Shown here: piece by piece, positions 9,888 to 19,792 of the stretch
How the letters are laid out: every line of letters begins with the position of its first letter
How positions within the stretch are numbered: the first letter of the stretch is position 1
DNA from: Candidatus Nanohaloarchaea archaeon
GTDB taxonomy: Archaea > Nanohalarchaeota > Nanosalinia > Nanosalinales > Nanosalinaceae
Assembly (NCBI GenBank): GCA_042218075.1
Contig: JBDGRK010000009.1
Coordinates: 18,136-82,135 of the forward strand
DNA: 64,000 bases
Direction: 5' to 3'
Made by a program: the position numbers and the translations under genes
Notes under the pieces: generated by a model
Told to the model about the DNA's origin: nothing
Database searches by the model: none
Seen by the model: only the letters and a program-made list of their open reading frames with translations

Positions 9888-10271
9888 TTAGGCAAACTCT
9901 CCCAGGTTCTGCTGTCTCTCCCTCTTCTCCTCCATGAAGAAGTTGTACTCCCTGACGATCCATCTCATCAGCATGTCAACCACTGACTCCAACTGTGAAT
10001 CAGTCAGCTCACTGTCAGGTCTTATCCTGTGTGCCATAAAGAGCTGCTCACGAGAGGCTGCGTTGCACGCATGCATAGCCTTGTAGACAGGATTTCCTGC
10101 CTTCGGAACTTTTTCCTGATCATCTTCCTGAGAGTCACGTAAATTCTCCTTAACTATCATTTCAGCATGCTCTCTGATCTGATCAATCCCCAGTTTTCTT
10201 ATTAACTCTATGTCCTGCTGCTCCAGTCTCTCACGTTCAATATCTCTTCCTGGGAGTTTCAGTTTTCTCAT
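9888..10271 (-). CDS. DUF4186-like protein
   Basis: KVPKAGNPVYKAMHAC...HRI...ELTDSQLESVVDMLMRWI resembles DUF4186. Confidence 0.7.
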   Translation of the reverse strand: MRKLKLPGRDIERERLEQQDIELIRKLGIDQIREHAEMIVKENLRDSQEDDQEKVPKAGNPVYKAMHACNAASREQLFMAHRIRPDSELTDSQLESVVDMLMRWIVREYNFFMEEKRERQQNLGEFA

Positions 10272-10310
10272 AAAACATATTTGATTTGAAATGATAAAAG
10301 ACTCGTCAAT

Positions 10311-10868
10311 TTAATGGAATCTCTTATCAATAGAGATGAATTCTTCCTTTACAGAGCTGTTGAAGATATAGTGCAGACTTCCGTAGAAAATAGTGACTCC
10401 TGCCGCGATCTTCACTAGAAGACTTCCCGCCATAAAAAGTGGGATAAACAGAAGGAGTGATAGTAGGAGATCAAGCCTTCCGCCCACCCTAACTAAATCC
10501 CTGGCCTCGATCCAGCTGCCGGAAGGATGATTGAAAACAGCTTTTTCATTCTTTCCACCAGAACCAAGATTTCTGCCCTGGCTAAATATTTCAGAGATAG
10601 AATGTAGAGTGATTGAACCAATACCGGCTGTGAGCAGGGTCAGAACTAGACTCTGGTAGAAAAAGAGCGAAAACAATAGAAGCAGAAATAAAAGGGAATA
10701 CTGGAAAGGTCTGTGGAAAGTTTTCCTGTGTTCGAATAAAACGTCCAGATCTGGAAACGTCGAGAAAATCATACCCATCATTACCAGAAGGGAGGCGGAG
10801 TAAGGAGTAAAAACCGAGAAGACCAGCCCGAGCACTCCTCCAGCCAGAACGTGAGTTGAAAGCATCAA
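10311..10868 (-). CDS. Membrane metal-dependent hydrolase
   Basis: MMLSTH, FPDLD, HRKTFH and LHS motifs; multiple TM helices. Confidence 0.8.
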   Translation of the reverse strand: MMLSTHVLAGGVLGLVFSVFTPYSASLLVMMGMIFSTFPDLDVLFEHRKTFHRPFQYSLLFLLLLFSLFFYQSLVLTLLTAGIGSITLHSISEIFSQGRNLGSGGKNEKAVFNHPSGSWIEARDLVRVGGRLDLLLSLLLFIPLFMAGSLLVKIAAGVTIFYGSLHYIFNSSVKEEFISIDKRFH

Positions 10869-11236
10869 TTTTCATCACCTGGATCAATCTTCTCCGGTTG
10901 CCTGTTGAAAATTCTGTTCTTCAGAAACCATACAGGAAAATCCGTCAGTATATGAAGAACCGGATGGTGCTCCGGGTTGAACTTTTCCAGCTCTGCTATA
11001 TAGTCTCCCTCCATATCCAGATGACTGCAGTCCTTCAGTTCAAGACTGACCTCAAACCTGTCATCCCGGAATGTCTTTTCGTCCTTACCTTCGATCCCTG
11101 CAAGCGAAAGCCTTGTCTCGTGCATCCGTTCTCTTTCCTCCAGCCATTCATCATGGTCAATGACAACATCCCTGTTGAAACCTATATCCTCCAGTCTTTC
11201 AATCAATTCATCCATACTGGGAGGTGAGATTTCCAT
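10865..11236 (-). CDS. Hypothetical protein
   Basis: Acidic ORF overlapping the next gene by 4 nt. Confidence 0.55.
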   Translation of the reverse strand: MEISPPSMDELIERLEDIGFNRDVVIDHDEWLEERERMHETRLSLAGIEGKDEKTFRDDRFEVSLELKDCSHLDMEGDYIAELEKFNPEHHPVLHILTDFPVWFLKNRIFNRQPEKIDPGDEN

Positions 11237-11266
11237 CTTAAAAAGAATTCAAGGCTTAGCTTCTCC

Positions 11267-12463
11267 ATGCCATACAAAATCGGACTGGTCGGCAAACCAT
11301 CAGTCGGGAAGTCCACGTTCTTCAACGCCGCGACCATGAACTCGATAGAGGAAGGTAGCTATCCCTTCACAACAATAGATCCATCGGTTGGAGAAGCCTA
11401 CGTGAGAGTGGAATGTGCGGCGCCCGATTTTGGTGAGGAATGCGACCCTAGAGTAGGTTTCTGTCGTGAAGGTACAAGATACGTTCCTGTCAAACTCGTG
11501 GACGTCGCTGGGCTTATACCAGGAGCTCACGAGGGAAAAGGCCTGGGGAACAAGTTTCTCACGGATCTGAACGAAGCAGATGTCCTGATCCACATAGTGG
11601 ATTTTTCCGGGGAGACAGATACTGAGGGAGAACCGACCGAGGATCACGATCCAAGGGAAGATATCGATTTCCTGGAGCAGGAATTAGACATGTGGTACCT
11701 TGATATACTGGAGAAGGGCATCCAGAGGTATGAGAACAAGAAGGATCAGCAGGATGTAAATCTGGAGGAAGAGCTTGCGGAACAGATGTCGGCTTTTAGA
11801 ACAGACAAGAACGAGATAAAGCAGATCATTTTATCACTGGGAATGGAGCTTGAACCGGAAGAATGGGATAAAGGAGAAAGGAAGCAGCTTGCGAGAGAGA
11901 TCAGGAAGCAGACCAAGCCGATGATTGTAGCTGCGAACAAGATGGATACCGAAAAAGCGCAGCAGAATTTTGATGAAATTACATCCGATCCTGAATACGA
12001 GGACCTAACTATAGTCCCCTGCTCCGCACATGCAGAGAAGGCGCTGAAGAAAGCCGAGGAGGAAGAAGCTGTAAGATACCATCCGGGAGATAAAGACTTT
12101 GAGATCAAGGAAAATCTTCCTGAGAAAAAGAAAGAGGGGCTAGAGAAGATAAGAGAGTTTATATCAGATTACGGCAGTACAGGAGTTCAGGAAGCGATGG
12201 AGACAGCGCTTTTCGAGGAACTGGGTGTGATAGCTGTATTTCCGGGTGGAGCCGACGGTCTGGGTGATGAACACGGCAACATTCTTCCTGACTGCTTCCT
12301 TGTTCCAGAGGGATCGACTGCAGAAGATTTTGCGTTTTCCATACACTCTGATCTGGGCGATGGATTCCTCCACGCGATCGACTGCAGAGATGACAGGCAG
12401 ATAGGAGCAGACCACGAACTTGAACACCTGGATGTGGTAGAGATAGTCTCCGCTAACCAGTGA
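11267..12463 (+). CDS. ychF: Obg-family ATPase YchF (archaeal)
   Basis: GKPSVGKST, YPFTT, DVAGL, ANKMD and a C-terminal TGS domain. Confidence 0.95.
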   Translation: MPYKIGLVGKPSVGKSTFFNAATMNSIEEGSYPFTTIDPSVGEAYVRVECAAPDFGEECDPRVGFCREGTRYVPVKLVDVAGLIPGAHEGKGLGNKFLTDLNEADVLIHIVDFSGETDTEGEPTEDHDPREDIDFLEQELDMWYLDILEKGIQRYENKKDQQDVNLEEELAEQMSAFRTDKNEIKQIILSLGMELEPEEWDKGERKQLAREIRKQTKPMIVAANKMDTEKAQQNFDEITSDPEYEDLTIVPCSAHAEKALKKAEEEEAVRYHPGDKDFEIKENLPEKKKEGLEKIREFISDYGSTGVQEAMETALFEELGVIAVFPGGADGLGDEHGNILPDCFLVPEGSTAEDFAFSIHSDLGDGFLHAIDCRDDRQIGADHELEHLDVVEIVSANQ

Positions 12464-12465
12464 GA

Positions 12466-13200
12466 TCAGAGATTCTCCGAGAAAAACTCAACCGATTTCC
12501 GGGCTACTTCCTGCACACTGTTTTCGAAGTAGTGATCATCATCTATAACGTACAAATCCCCATTTTCAAGCCTCTTTGACGCCAGCTTCGAATCTTCAAA
12601 CCTGATTGTTTCATCCTCCCTTCCCTGTATAACCAGCACCGGTAGATCGATATTCTCGAGTAGTTCTTCCTGATCAAGGTTTTCCTTCAATTCTATCGTT
12701 TTTTCCGGAACGACAAACCTTCCATGCTCCTTTTCTATCAAGTAGATTCCTGACTCCTCAAGGTCCTTCAACTGATCTTCCTCAAGTTTTCTTTCTCGAT
12801 AGTCGGGTATTCCCCTGGTAAGCGGATTCAGAAGCAAGAGTGCCTGAATATGATGGTCACGGCAGAATTCTAAAGCTGTAAGACCTCCAAAACTTAAGCC
12901 AAAAATCCCGATTTCATCAACGTCTTCATTTTGAATAAAATTAAAAGCCGCTTCCAGATCTTCAAGCTGGTTTCCAACAGTTATACTCCTCCTTTCGCTT
13001 TCACCATGACCGGAGTAGTCGAAACTTAATACATTGAAACCTTCCGAGTTCAGTTCTTCCGCGATCTCCGTAAACTTCCCGAACTGCTCTTTATTTCCCG
13101 TGAAGCCGTGTGAGAGAATTACACCTTTATCCGATTTGGATTCCCAGTAATTTCCCGCCAGTTTCAGCCCACTCCTATTCTCGAAGGAGACTTTTTTCAC
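12466..13200 (-). CDS. Alpha/beta hydrolase
   Basis: HGFTG, FDYSGHGES, GLSFGG nucleophile elbow, DDDHYF. Confidence 0.9.
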   Translation of the reverse strand: MKKVSFENRSGLKLAGNYWESKSDKGVILSHGFTGNKEQFGKFTEIAEELNSEGFNVLSFDYSGHGESERRSITVGNQLEDLEAAFNFIQNEDVDEIGIFGLSFGGLTALEFCRDHHIQALLLLNPLTRGIPDYRERKLEEDQLKDLEESGIYLIEKEHGRFVVPEKTIELKENLDQEELLENIDLPVLVIQGREDETIRFEDSKLASKRLENGDLYVIDDDHYFENSVQEVARKSVEFFSENL

Positions 13201-13251
13201 GGGAAAAATCTAGGACTAATTTCTATAAGAATTGGTACTGGCATAATAAAC

Positions 13252-13953
13252 ATGGAACTAGAAGGTAAAAAAGCACTGGTAACAGGAGGATCAAGCGGAA
13301 TAGGTGAAGCTGTAGGTAGAAAATTGAGAGAAGCAGGGGCGGAAGTAATAGTATTTGATCTGGAAGAACCGGATTACGATGCAGAATATCATGAAGTGGA
13401 TGTGAGAAAAGAGAAGGAAGTAAAGTAAGCGATCAACCAGCTTGAAAAACTCAATATTCTCGTAAATAATGCTGGAGTTTATCGACATACTCCGATAGAG
13501 GAATTTGAAGATAGAGAGTTCGAGGATACAGTAAATACGAATGTTAAAGGATACAGGATGATGTTTACTTATTCGCTTCCTCTTCTTAGGGAGAGCGATG
13601 ACGGATGTGTTGTGAACATAAGCTCTGGGCTAGCTGACAATCCTGAACCTTACTCGGACATCTATTCCGGAACAAAGGCATTCATCAATGCAATGTCAAT
13701 TGCCTGGGCAAACAGTTTCTCTGAAACAGAAGTAAGAGTCAATACAGTGGCTCCAGGGCCTGTGGAGACAGAGATGCTTACGGAAAACTTCAGTGAAGAG
13801 GAGCTGGAGGAGTACAGAGATCTCCAGTCAGACGGAAAATTCAGCCAGCCGGAAGATATTGCAGAAGAAGTTCTTCGCCTGATTACAGATGGGAAGGCTA
13901 ACGGAAGAATGATCAAGCACGGTGAAGCATTCTTCAATCAGTATGGGCTGTGA
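13252..13953 (+). pseudogene. SDR oxidoreductase with an in-frame TAA at 13426-13428
   Basis: TGGSSGIG (13252 frame), then K*AINQL, then NNAG, NISS and YSGTK, all in one frame. Confidence 0.85.
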
Positions 13954-14522
13954 TTCTGAAGCGCATCATCAATGATCCTGTGGTGTAGAAAGGCCATCCT
14001 CGGTAGACCTCTTACCGGGACCCAGAAAGCTCTTTCCGCATCATCTGAGCCTTCAACTTCAAAGTTCTCTGCTTTGGATACTTTCATGATAGATGTGAAG
14101 TAAGCAAAACGGTCGCCTCTCGACTCTATTTCCGGTTTCAGGTATAATTCTTCAGGTTCATCATCGGGGAGTTTTTCATCAGGATCGTAGCGGGGATCAA
14201 AAGTCATATCCGTGTTTTCATAGGTTTTAAGCACTTTTACAGCGGTAAAACTTGTCTCCTCTTCAAGCTCCCTCAAGGCGGCTGCTTCGGGCTCCTCTCC
14301 TTCATCAATATGGCCGCCCGGAATTGCAAGCATTCCCCCGTAGATGTAATCGGATGATCTCTCCACCAAGGGCATGTAAACTCCTGGATTTCCATATCTT
14401 TCCATATCCACACCCAGATCTCTCAATCTCTTCTTATCCTGTTTTTCAAGGCTTCTGAAAAACTCATCATCAGCTTCATCCGCCCTGAAGAAAACGACTG
14501 CGTCCACAGTCCCAGTGCTCAT
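13938..14522 (-). CDS. NUDIX hydrolase
   Basis: GGHIDEGEEPEAAALRELEEET Nudix box; GSDDA and MAFLH motifs. Confidence 0.9.
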   Translation of the reverse strand: MSTGTVDAVVFFRADEADDEFFRSLEKQDKKRLRDLGVDMERYGNPGVYMPLVERSSDYIYGGMLAIPGGHIDEGEEPEAAALRELEEETSFTAVKVLKTYENTDMTFDPRYDPDEKLPDDEPEELYLKPEIESRGDRFAYFTSIMKVSKAENFEVEGSDDAERAFWVPVRGLPRMAFLHHRIIDDALQNHSPY

Positions 14523-14572
14523 ATTAACCCGTTCTCAACAAGCTCTAAAACTCCTGTGGAGAAATAGTATTC

Positions 14573-15397
14573 ATGGAGATCAAGAGTTCAAAGTATTCCA
14601 AAGAACTTGAAGTCGCTCTTAAAGCAGCGGAGAAAGCAGGAGAAGTGATGGATCGCTATGCTGAGAAGAAGGGTTTTGAAGACTGGGATAAAGAAGACGG
14701 AAGCGTGGTGACGGAGGCTGATATAGAGTCTCAGGAGAAAATCGTAGAAACTATACGTGAGGAGTTTCCAGAGGATGGATTTCTGGGTGAGGAGGAAAAT
14801 CTTGAACCGGATGGAGAGGATAGAGTATGGATTATCGATCCTATCGATGGCACGTTCAACTTTGACAGTGGCTTCGGCTTCTACTGTGTCTCGATAGCAC
14901 TTGAAATAGACGGGGAAATAGTTCTTGGAGTAGTTCATCTGCCGGAAAGCTCTATGGATAGAACCTACTTGGGGGTAGAGAATGAAGGAGCTTATGTATT
15001 TGAGAGAGGAAAAAAAGAAGCTGAAAATTTAGAGGTAAGCGATCACTCGGAAATTGAGGAGTCTTTATTCTTCATGACGGATTTTGACATATACGAGGAA
15101 GAACTCGATTGGGAGTTAGAGCTACTTGAAAAACTGGCGAGAAAGGATGCGACCCACAGACAGGTTGGTTCTGCTGCTATAGAACACTGTTTTTTGGCTG
15201 AAGGTAGAGTAGATTTTCTGGTTAACCCTATTCTCAAGCCCTGGGACTACTCCGCAGCCAAGTTGATAATCGAAGAGGCGGGAGGCAAGGTAGATGTAAT
15301 GGAATCGCCTTTCCCTGATTCAGAGCTGGTTGTGGCTTCGAATGGGAAAATCCATGAAAAAATAACTGAAATTGTCGAGGGAATAGAGGCAAAATGA
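14573..15397 (+). CDS. Inositol monophosphatase family protein
   Basis: VTEAD, GEE, WIIDPIDGTFNF, GSAA and PWDYSAA motifs. Confidence 0.92.
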   Translation: MEIKSSKYSKELEVALKAAEKAGEVMDRYAEKKGFEDWDKEDGSVVTEADIESQEKIVETIREEFPEDGFLGEEENLEPDGEDRVWIIDPIDGTFNFDSGFGFYCVSIALEIDGEIVLGVVHLPESSMDRTYLGVENEGAYVFERGKKEAENLEVSDHSEIEESLFFMTDFDIYEEELDWELELLEKLARKDATHRQVGSAAIEHCFLAEGRVDFLVNPILKPWDYSAAKLIIEEAGGKVDVMESPFPDSELVVASNGKIHEKITEIVEGIEAK

Positions 15398-15885
15398 AAC
15401 TGGAAATTCTGGAAAAAGAAAATTATGAAATTGACAAAGTCAGGAAAAGCATCAAGGATATCATCTCATCCAATAAACTGCTTTCGATGTCAACTGTCGC
15501 CGATGATATTCCACACATAAACACTTGTTTCTACGCCTTTGACGAGGAGATGAACCTGTACATACTGACACCGCCAGAGACCGAACACGGCAAGAAACTT
15601 GAACAGAATGATTCTGTGGCGGTTGACATCCACGATTCAAACCAGGAATGGACAGATGAGAAGCAAGGTCTGCAGATTTTTGGAAGATGCCGAAAGGCAG
15701 ATGACAGAGAGAAAGGGCTGGAAATCTACTCTGGAAGGTTCCCGACACTGGAAGAGTTTGCCTCTGGCGTTGAAGAACTTGAGGATCTCAATTCAGATTT
15801 CTACATTATAGACCCGGAAAGGATCAAGGTTTTCGACGAGCCGAGGTTTGGGAAGGAAACCTGGATCGAGGTAGAGTTAAGTTGA
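15394..15885 (+). CDS. Pyridoxamine 5'-phosphate oxidase-like FMN-binding protein (YhbP-like)
   Basis: LSMSTV, PHINTCFY, TEHGK and GLQIFG motifs. Confidence 0.8.
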   Translation: MKLEILEKENYEIDKVRKSIKDIISSNKLLSMSTVADDIPHINTCFYAFDEEMNLYILTPPETEHGKKLEQNDSVAVDIHDSNQEWTDEKQGLQIFGRCRKADDREKGLEIYSGRFPTLEEFASGVEELEDLNSDFYIIDPERIKVFDEPRFGKETWIEVELS

Positions 15886-16412
15886 CAGTGAAGATAACCT
15901 ACTTCGTTCACGCCACTACCGAGGATAACCAGAGAAATCTGGCGACCGGCCAGGAACCTGGAGAGCTTTCAGAAATCGGTGTCAGACAGGCAGAGCAACT
16001 GGGAGAAAAAGTCGATGAAGATTTTGAGGCATTCTACTGTTCCGATCTTAGAAGAGCGGTTAAATCTGCCAGGATAGCATTTGGTGACGAGTACAGTATA
16101 ATCAAGGATGAAAGATTGAGGGAATGCGATTACGGAAGTAAAACTCGTGAACCCCATGACTGGGACCTGAAAAAATACATAGAGAAGCCGTATCCTGGCG
16201 GGGAAAGTTACAGGCAAGTGGAGGAGAGGATCGAGGATCTGCTTGATTTCATCTCGGAAAAGCATGAAGCAGAAAAAATAGCCTTGATGGCCCATCAGGC
16301 CCCCCAACTGGCTCTAGAGGTAGTGGCTAATGGAAAAACGTGGGAGGAAGCGATCGAAGAAGACTGGAGGAAAAACGGGGAATGGCAGCCCGGATGGAAA
16401 TACGAACTTTGA
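15882..16412 (+). CDS. Histidine phosphatase family protein
   Basis: FVHATT, CSDLRRA, LRECDYG and GGES motifs. Confidence 0.85.
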   Translation: MTVKITYFVHATTEDNQRNLATGQEPGELSEIGVRQAEQLGEKVDEDFEAFYCSDLRRAVKSARIAFGDEYSIIKDERLRECDYGSKTREPHDWDLKKYIEKPYPGGESYRQVEERIEDLLDFISEKHEAEKIALMAHQAPQLALEVVANGKTWEEAIEEDWRKNGEWQPGWKYEL

Positions 16413-16435
16413 ACGATCGTAATTCCTCTGAAAAT

Positions 16436-16918
16436 TCAGTAGGCTGTTTCTCCCGTTTTCTTTTGTTCAAGTTTCTCGTTAAGTCCTATCTCATTTTTTA
16501 GACGTCGAGTATGCTCTTCAAGTGTCTTTCTACTACTCCTGTATGGTTGATGATCCACTATATCCCTGTAGAAAATCTGTTTTCCTGTGAGATGGACACC
16601 AATCTTTAATGCTGCTCCTAATTCAATCGGCTTTGGATCTTCTTTTTCAGATGCCCAGAGAATAAGCTGTTCAAGTTGATCCCCGTATCGATCTACATAG
16701 CAATGGTTCCAGGCGGTTTCTACTATCTCATCAAGATCTCGGTATGGAAAATTATCCCAGGGACCCCCCTCTCCAATCTTATCATAGTTTGGGGTTACAT
16801 TCTTGAAGTATCCCTCTATTTCTCTCTGCTCTCCCATATCTCCATCTCTTAACTTCTTCCTAACACCGCTCCAATCTATACCCTCTTGAGCATTTTCAGA
16901 TGTATCTTCCTCACTCAT
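16436..16918 (-). CDS. Hypothetical protein
   Basis: Acidic 160-aa ORF. Confidence 0.55.
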   Translation of the reverse strand: MSEEDTSENAQEGIDWSGVRKKLRDGDMGEQREIEGYFKNVTPNYDKIGEGGPWDNFPYRDLDEIVETAWNHCYVDRYGDQLEQLILWASEKEDPKPIELGAALKIGVHLTGKQIFYRDIVDHQPYRSSRKTLEEHTRRLKNEIGLNEKLEQKKTGETAY

Positions 16919-17245
16919 AATGTACCAGATTTCTAGATTTTGAAGTGAAATTTTAAATCCCTAGTTACACTGGACTAAAAGGAAAATGGAAAACATTTCA
17001 CTTACGTTTGGGAAGATGGACTGAGCGGTAGATTTCTATAAAAAAAAGCCTGGAAAAAAGTTAGCAGATTTTCATACTTCCACCTGGAAAGTGCGAAACA
17101 GGGGCTTTAAAACCAGGTAGAAGATGGAGTGGAGGTAGAGCGGATTCAGTATAGTGTAAGCTACAGAATCTTCCATTTCTGGAACACTTGGGGAAAACAT
17201 GATGGAGATCTACGAGGGCAGAAATGAATAAAGTGAACAAATATA

Positions 17246-17878
17246 TTATAGCTGGACTTTTGGATCCTCTCTGCGATTAAGGCGACTTAAACCGCCCGAT
17301 TCGGAGGCATAGCATGCCTCTGGAGAGCTTATGAAGGTCAAGTCGCGAACTGTTAGAACATTATCAGCCAGGCTCTCAAGATCAGCCATATGTTTTCTGG
17401 ACTTGAATGGTGCGATAACATTTATCTGGCCGGCTCCAGCCTTCAGCAGGCTTCCGGCCACAGCAGCCTCCCTGAATCCGCTGCTTATACCCTCGCTCAC
17501 TACTGCGACTTTTTGACCCTTCAAATCATCTTTCTTTCCCAAATCATGACTTGCTGATTCTTTCAGAAGCGCCGGTGATATTTCATTGGCCTGATCTTCT
17601 ATATGACTCGAGGAAACACCAAGTTCCTCTCTCAGCTCCTCTTCTATCCATAAGGTGCCATCCTGGGCTACCGCACCTATATTAGCGCTGAGCTGATTCT
17701 CTACCCTTATGAAGTCAGCAAGTCTCAGGGAAAGTCCGGTGTTATGTCTTTTGCCAACCTCCAGTGCTACCGGTAAGGCGCCCTGATAAGGAATAACCAC
17801 GCTATCGATCTCAATTTTATCCTGAATAAATTTTGAAAGTTCTCTTCCACCCTCCCTCCTGTCAGTATAAAGTGACAT
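17246..17878 (-). CDS. Phosphoribosyltransferase-family protein, degenerate motif
   Basis: YTDRREGGREL N-terminus, IGAVA, VAVVSEGISSG (the DD motif is replaced). Confidence 0.7.
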   Translation of the reverse strand: MSLYTDRREGGRELSKFIQDKIEIDSVVIPYQGALPVALEVGKRHNTGLSLRLADFIRVENQLSANIGAVAQDGTLWIEEELREELGVSSSHIEDQANEISPALLKESASHDLGKKDDLKGQKVAVVSEGISSGFREAAVAGSLLKAGAGQINVIAPFKSRKHMADLESLADNVLTVRDLTFISSPEACYASESGGLSRLNRREDPKVQL

Positions 17879-18135
17879 AGGATAAGTTACTCTCACATGT
17901 AAAAGTCAATTAATGCACATTAACGAAGGTGATACACCGCCCACTTTTTGAATAAGATATTCTTCGAAGTGCTCTACTACACGCTGAGGCATGACTAAAC
18001 AACCTAAACATCTTAAATTATAGTTAAAATAAAAAAATATCAAAGCTTTTTTCGTCTTTTAGCGCATTCTCAGAAACTTATAACTTCAAAAACACAACCT
18101 GTGACCTTAAAAAATTGTGAGAACAATATATTTTT

Positions 18136-18792
18136 ATGCTTAAGAAAAAACAAGGAGGAGGAGCACTTTATCGCCAGACAGATGTGAATGAATACGATCA
18201 GCCCGCACACATATTCGCACTTGACTACTACAGGCCTGGATCAGGGGGCGATCACGAGTTTTCCAGGAAGGAAACCTGGTTTTACTACTTTGGGGACGAT
18301 GAAATCCAGGAGGAATTCACAGAAAGGGTCGATGATATGGTGAACGAGCTTTTTGTAGAGAACTCGGTTGACTGGGACTATTTCACGCTTGCACCATCCA
18401 GCAGAAAAGCCAGTCTGAACGAACACATGGAAAAACTCTGCAGTGCGATCTCCGAGAAAAAAGTTATGGAGTACCGTCAGGTACTGGAGAGATCACGCGG
18501 TATAGAGGAGTCAAGAGAGTTTGAATCAGTTAAGCAGAAGCTTGCGAACCAGAAAAACTCGATAGATATTAAGGAAGATGTGGATGGCAAAAACATAATT
18601 ATAGTTGATAATGTTTCCGTTTCAGGGATATCACTGGCATTTCTCACAGAATTACTTCTGAATGCGGGAGCAGAAAGAGTCTCCTGCCTGGTCCTTGGAG
18701 TTACAAACCATGAAAGATTTGTGCGAGACCTGGAAGAGGGCATTAGAGCCAGCACTGCCATGGCAGAGATTCAGGGTGAAAACAATGGATAA
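18136..18792 (+). CDS. ComF-like phosphoribosyltransferase-fold protein
   Basis: KNIIIVDNVSVSGISL...LLNAGAERVSCLVLG. Confidence 0.65.
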   Translation: MLKKKQGGGALYRQTDVNEYDQPAHIFALDYYRPGSGGDHEFSRKETWFYYFGDDEIQEEFTERVDDMVNELFVENSVDWDYFTLAPSSRKASLNEHMEKLCSAISEKKVMEYRQVLERSRGIEESREFESVKQKLANQKNSIDIKEDVDGKNIIIVDNVSVSGISLAFLTELLLNAGAERVSCLVLGVTNHERFVRDLEEGIRASTAMAEIQGENNG

Positions 18793-19102
18793 CTCAAGCG
18801 ATATCTACCTGAAGGAGAAGCCCGTTATGACCCTTATAACGATACATCAATCCGATGAAGATATTTTCTGCGGTAAAGTATCGGGAGAGATTGATTCCGC
18901 CTATGCTCATAAAGTAAAAATAGTTTCAAGGCTAAAAGAGATGGAAATAATCGAAACAAAGCAGGTTGGAAGAAAGAAACTGCTCAGTCTTACAGATCAG
19001 GGAAGCGAGCAGGCTGAACATCTGATAAACCTGATTAAAGTTTCAGAAAAAAATGAAATGGACATGAGTGACAGAATAGGTGAAAAAGAAGCATTTAATT
19101 AG
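18785..19102 (+). CDS. MarR-like winged-helix protein
   Basis: EIDSAYAHKVKIVSRLKEMEII...GRKKLLSLTDQG. Confidence 0.8.
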   Translation: MDNSSDIYLKEKPVMTLITIHQSDEDIFCGKVSGEIDSAYAHKVKIVSRLKEMEIIETKQVGRKKLLSLTDQGSEQAEHLINLIKVSEKNEMDMSDRIGEKEAFN

Positions 19103-19115
19103 AAGAAAATAACCT

Positions 19116-19688
19116 TTAGGATATCCATCTATTCCAGGAGATTAGGGATTTCAATCTTTCCATAATTCCCTTTCCTTTATCCCTGTTCTCCATTCCCGGG
19201 TGCTCAAGCTCTCTCACAGTTTCATTATTATGCCTGACCTCGAGGCTGAAGTCTTCACCGGTGGAGAAGCTCGCATCGTAGTTGATCATGCCGATCTGCT
19301 GTATGCACGCTGAGCCGTTTCCAAGATCGGCTTCATTCACAGTCTTGATATTCAGCACGTATCCCTCCCCGGTTTCGTTCACCTCTGACTCGATAACATG
19401 GCATGGCGTCGGAGCCTCTATATTCCCGGAGAACTCCACCTCATGAGAATCATTTCTGAAAGAGACATTTTCCAGAGTCTCGTTGACAGTACGAGGCGAC
19501 CTTCCCCGCATCTTGACACTTGACTTCCACTCAGTTCCGTTCGGACCTACAGCGGTAGTTGCTGATGCGGAGCTTCCCGACCCTGTTATAGCCATCTCTC
19601 CATCCTCCGGCTCGGGGCCTCCCACCACTGCCGAAACCGAAGTCACCATAAACGCAAGAGCGATGCCGAATATTAGTGATCTTCTCAT
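19116..19688 (-). CDS. Secreted hypothetical protein
   Basis: Signal peptide; PTPCH and CIQQI cysteine pair; several NxS/T sequons. Confidence 0.7.
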   Translation of the reverse strand: MRRSLIFGIALAFMVTSVSAVVGGPEPEDGEMAITGSGSSASATTAVGPNGTEWKSSVKMRGRSPRTVNETLENVSFRNDSHEVEFSGNIEAPTPCHVIESEVNETGEGYVLNIKTVNEADLGNGSACIQQIGMINYDASFSTGEDFSLEVRHNNETVRELEHPGMENRDKGKGIMERLKSLISWNRWIS

Positions 19689-19792
19689 ACCTAAGAAAGG
19701 AATCCGGTTTCTTTAAAAACAAGATCAAGTTGTTCGGCCTGAGTCTAACCAATCTGAGAGCTGTTTTTAATTATGGTCCCGAAAGCTCCAGT

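Noticed and set aside
13426-13428. Genome-wide TAA reassignment
   Set aside because: TAA terminates many conserved genes at their expected ends.
16920-17245. Possible ncRNA or gene in a 325-bp gap
   Set aside because: No sustained ORF or convincing structure; at most a decayed gene remnant that I cannot identify.
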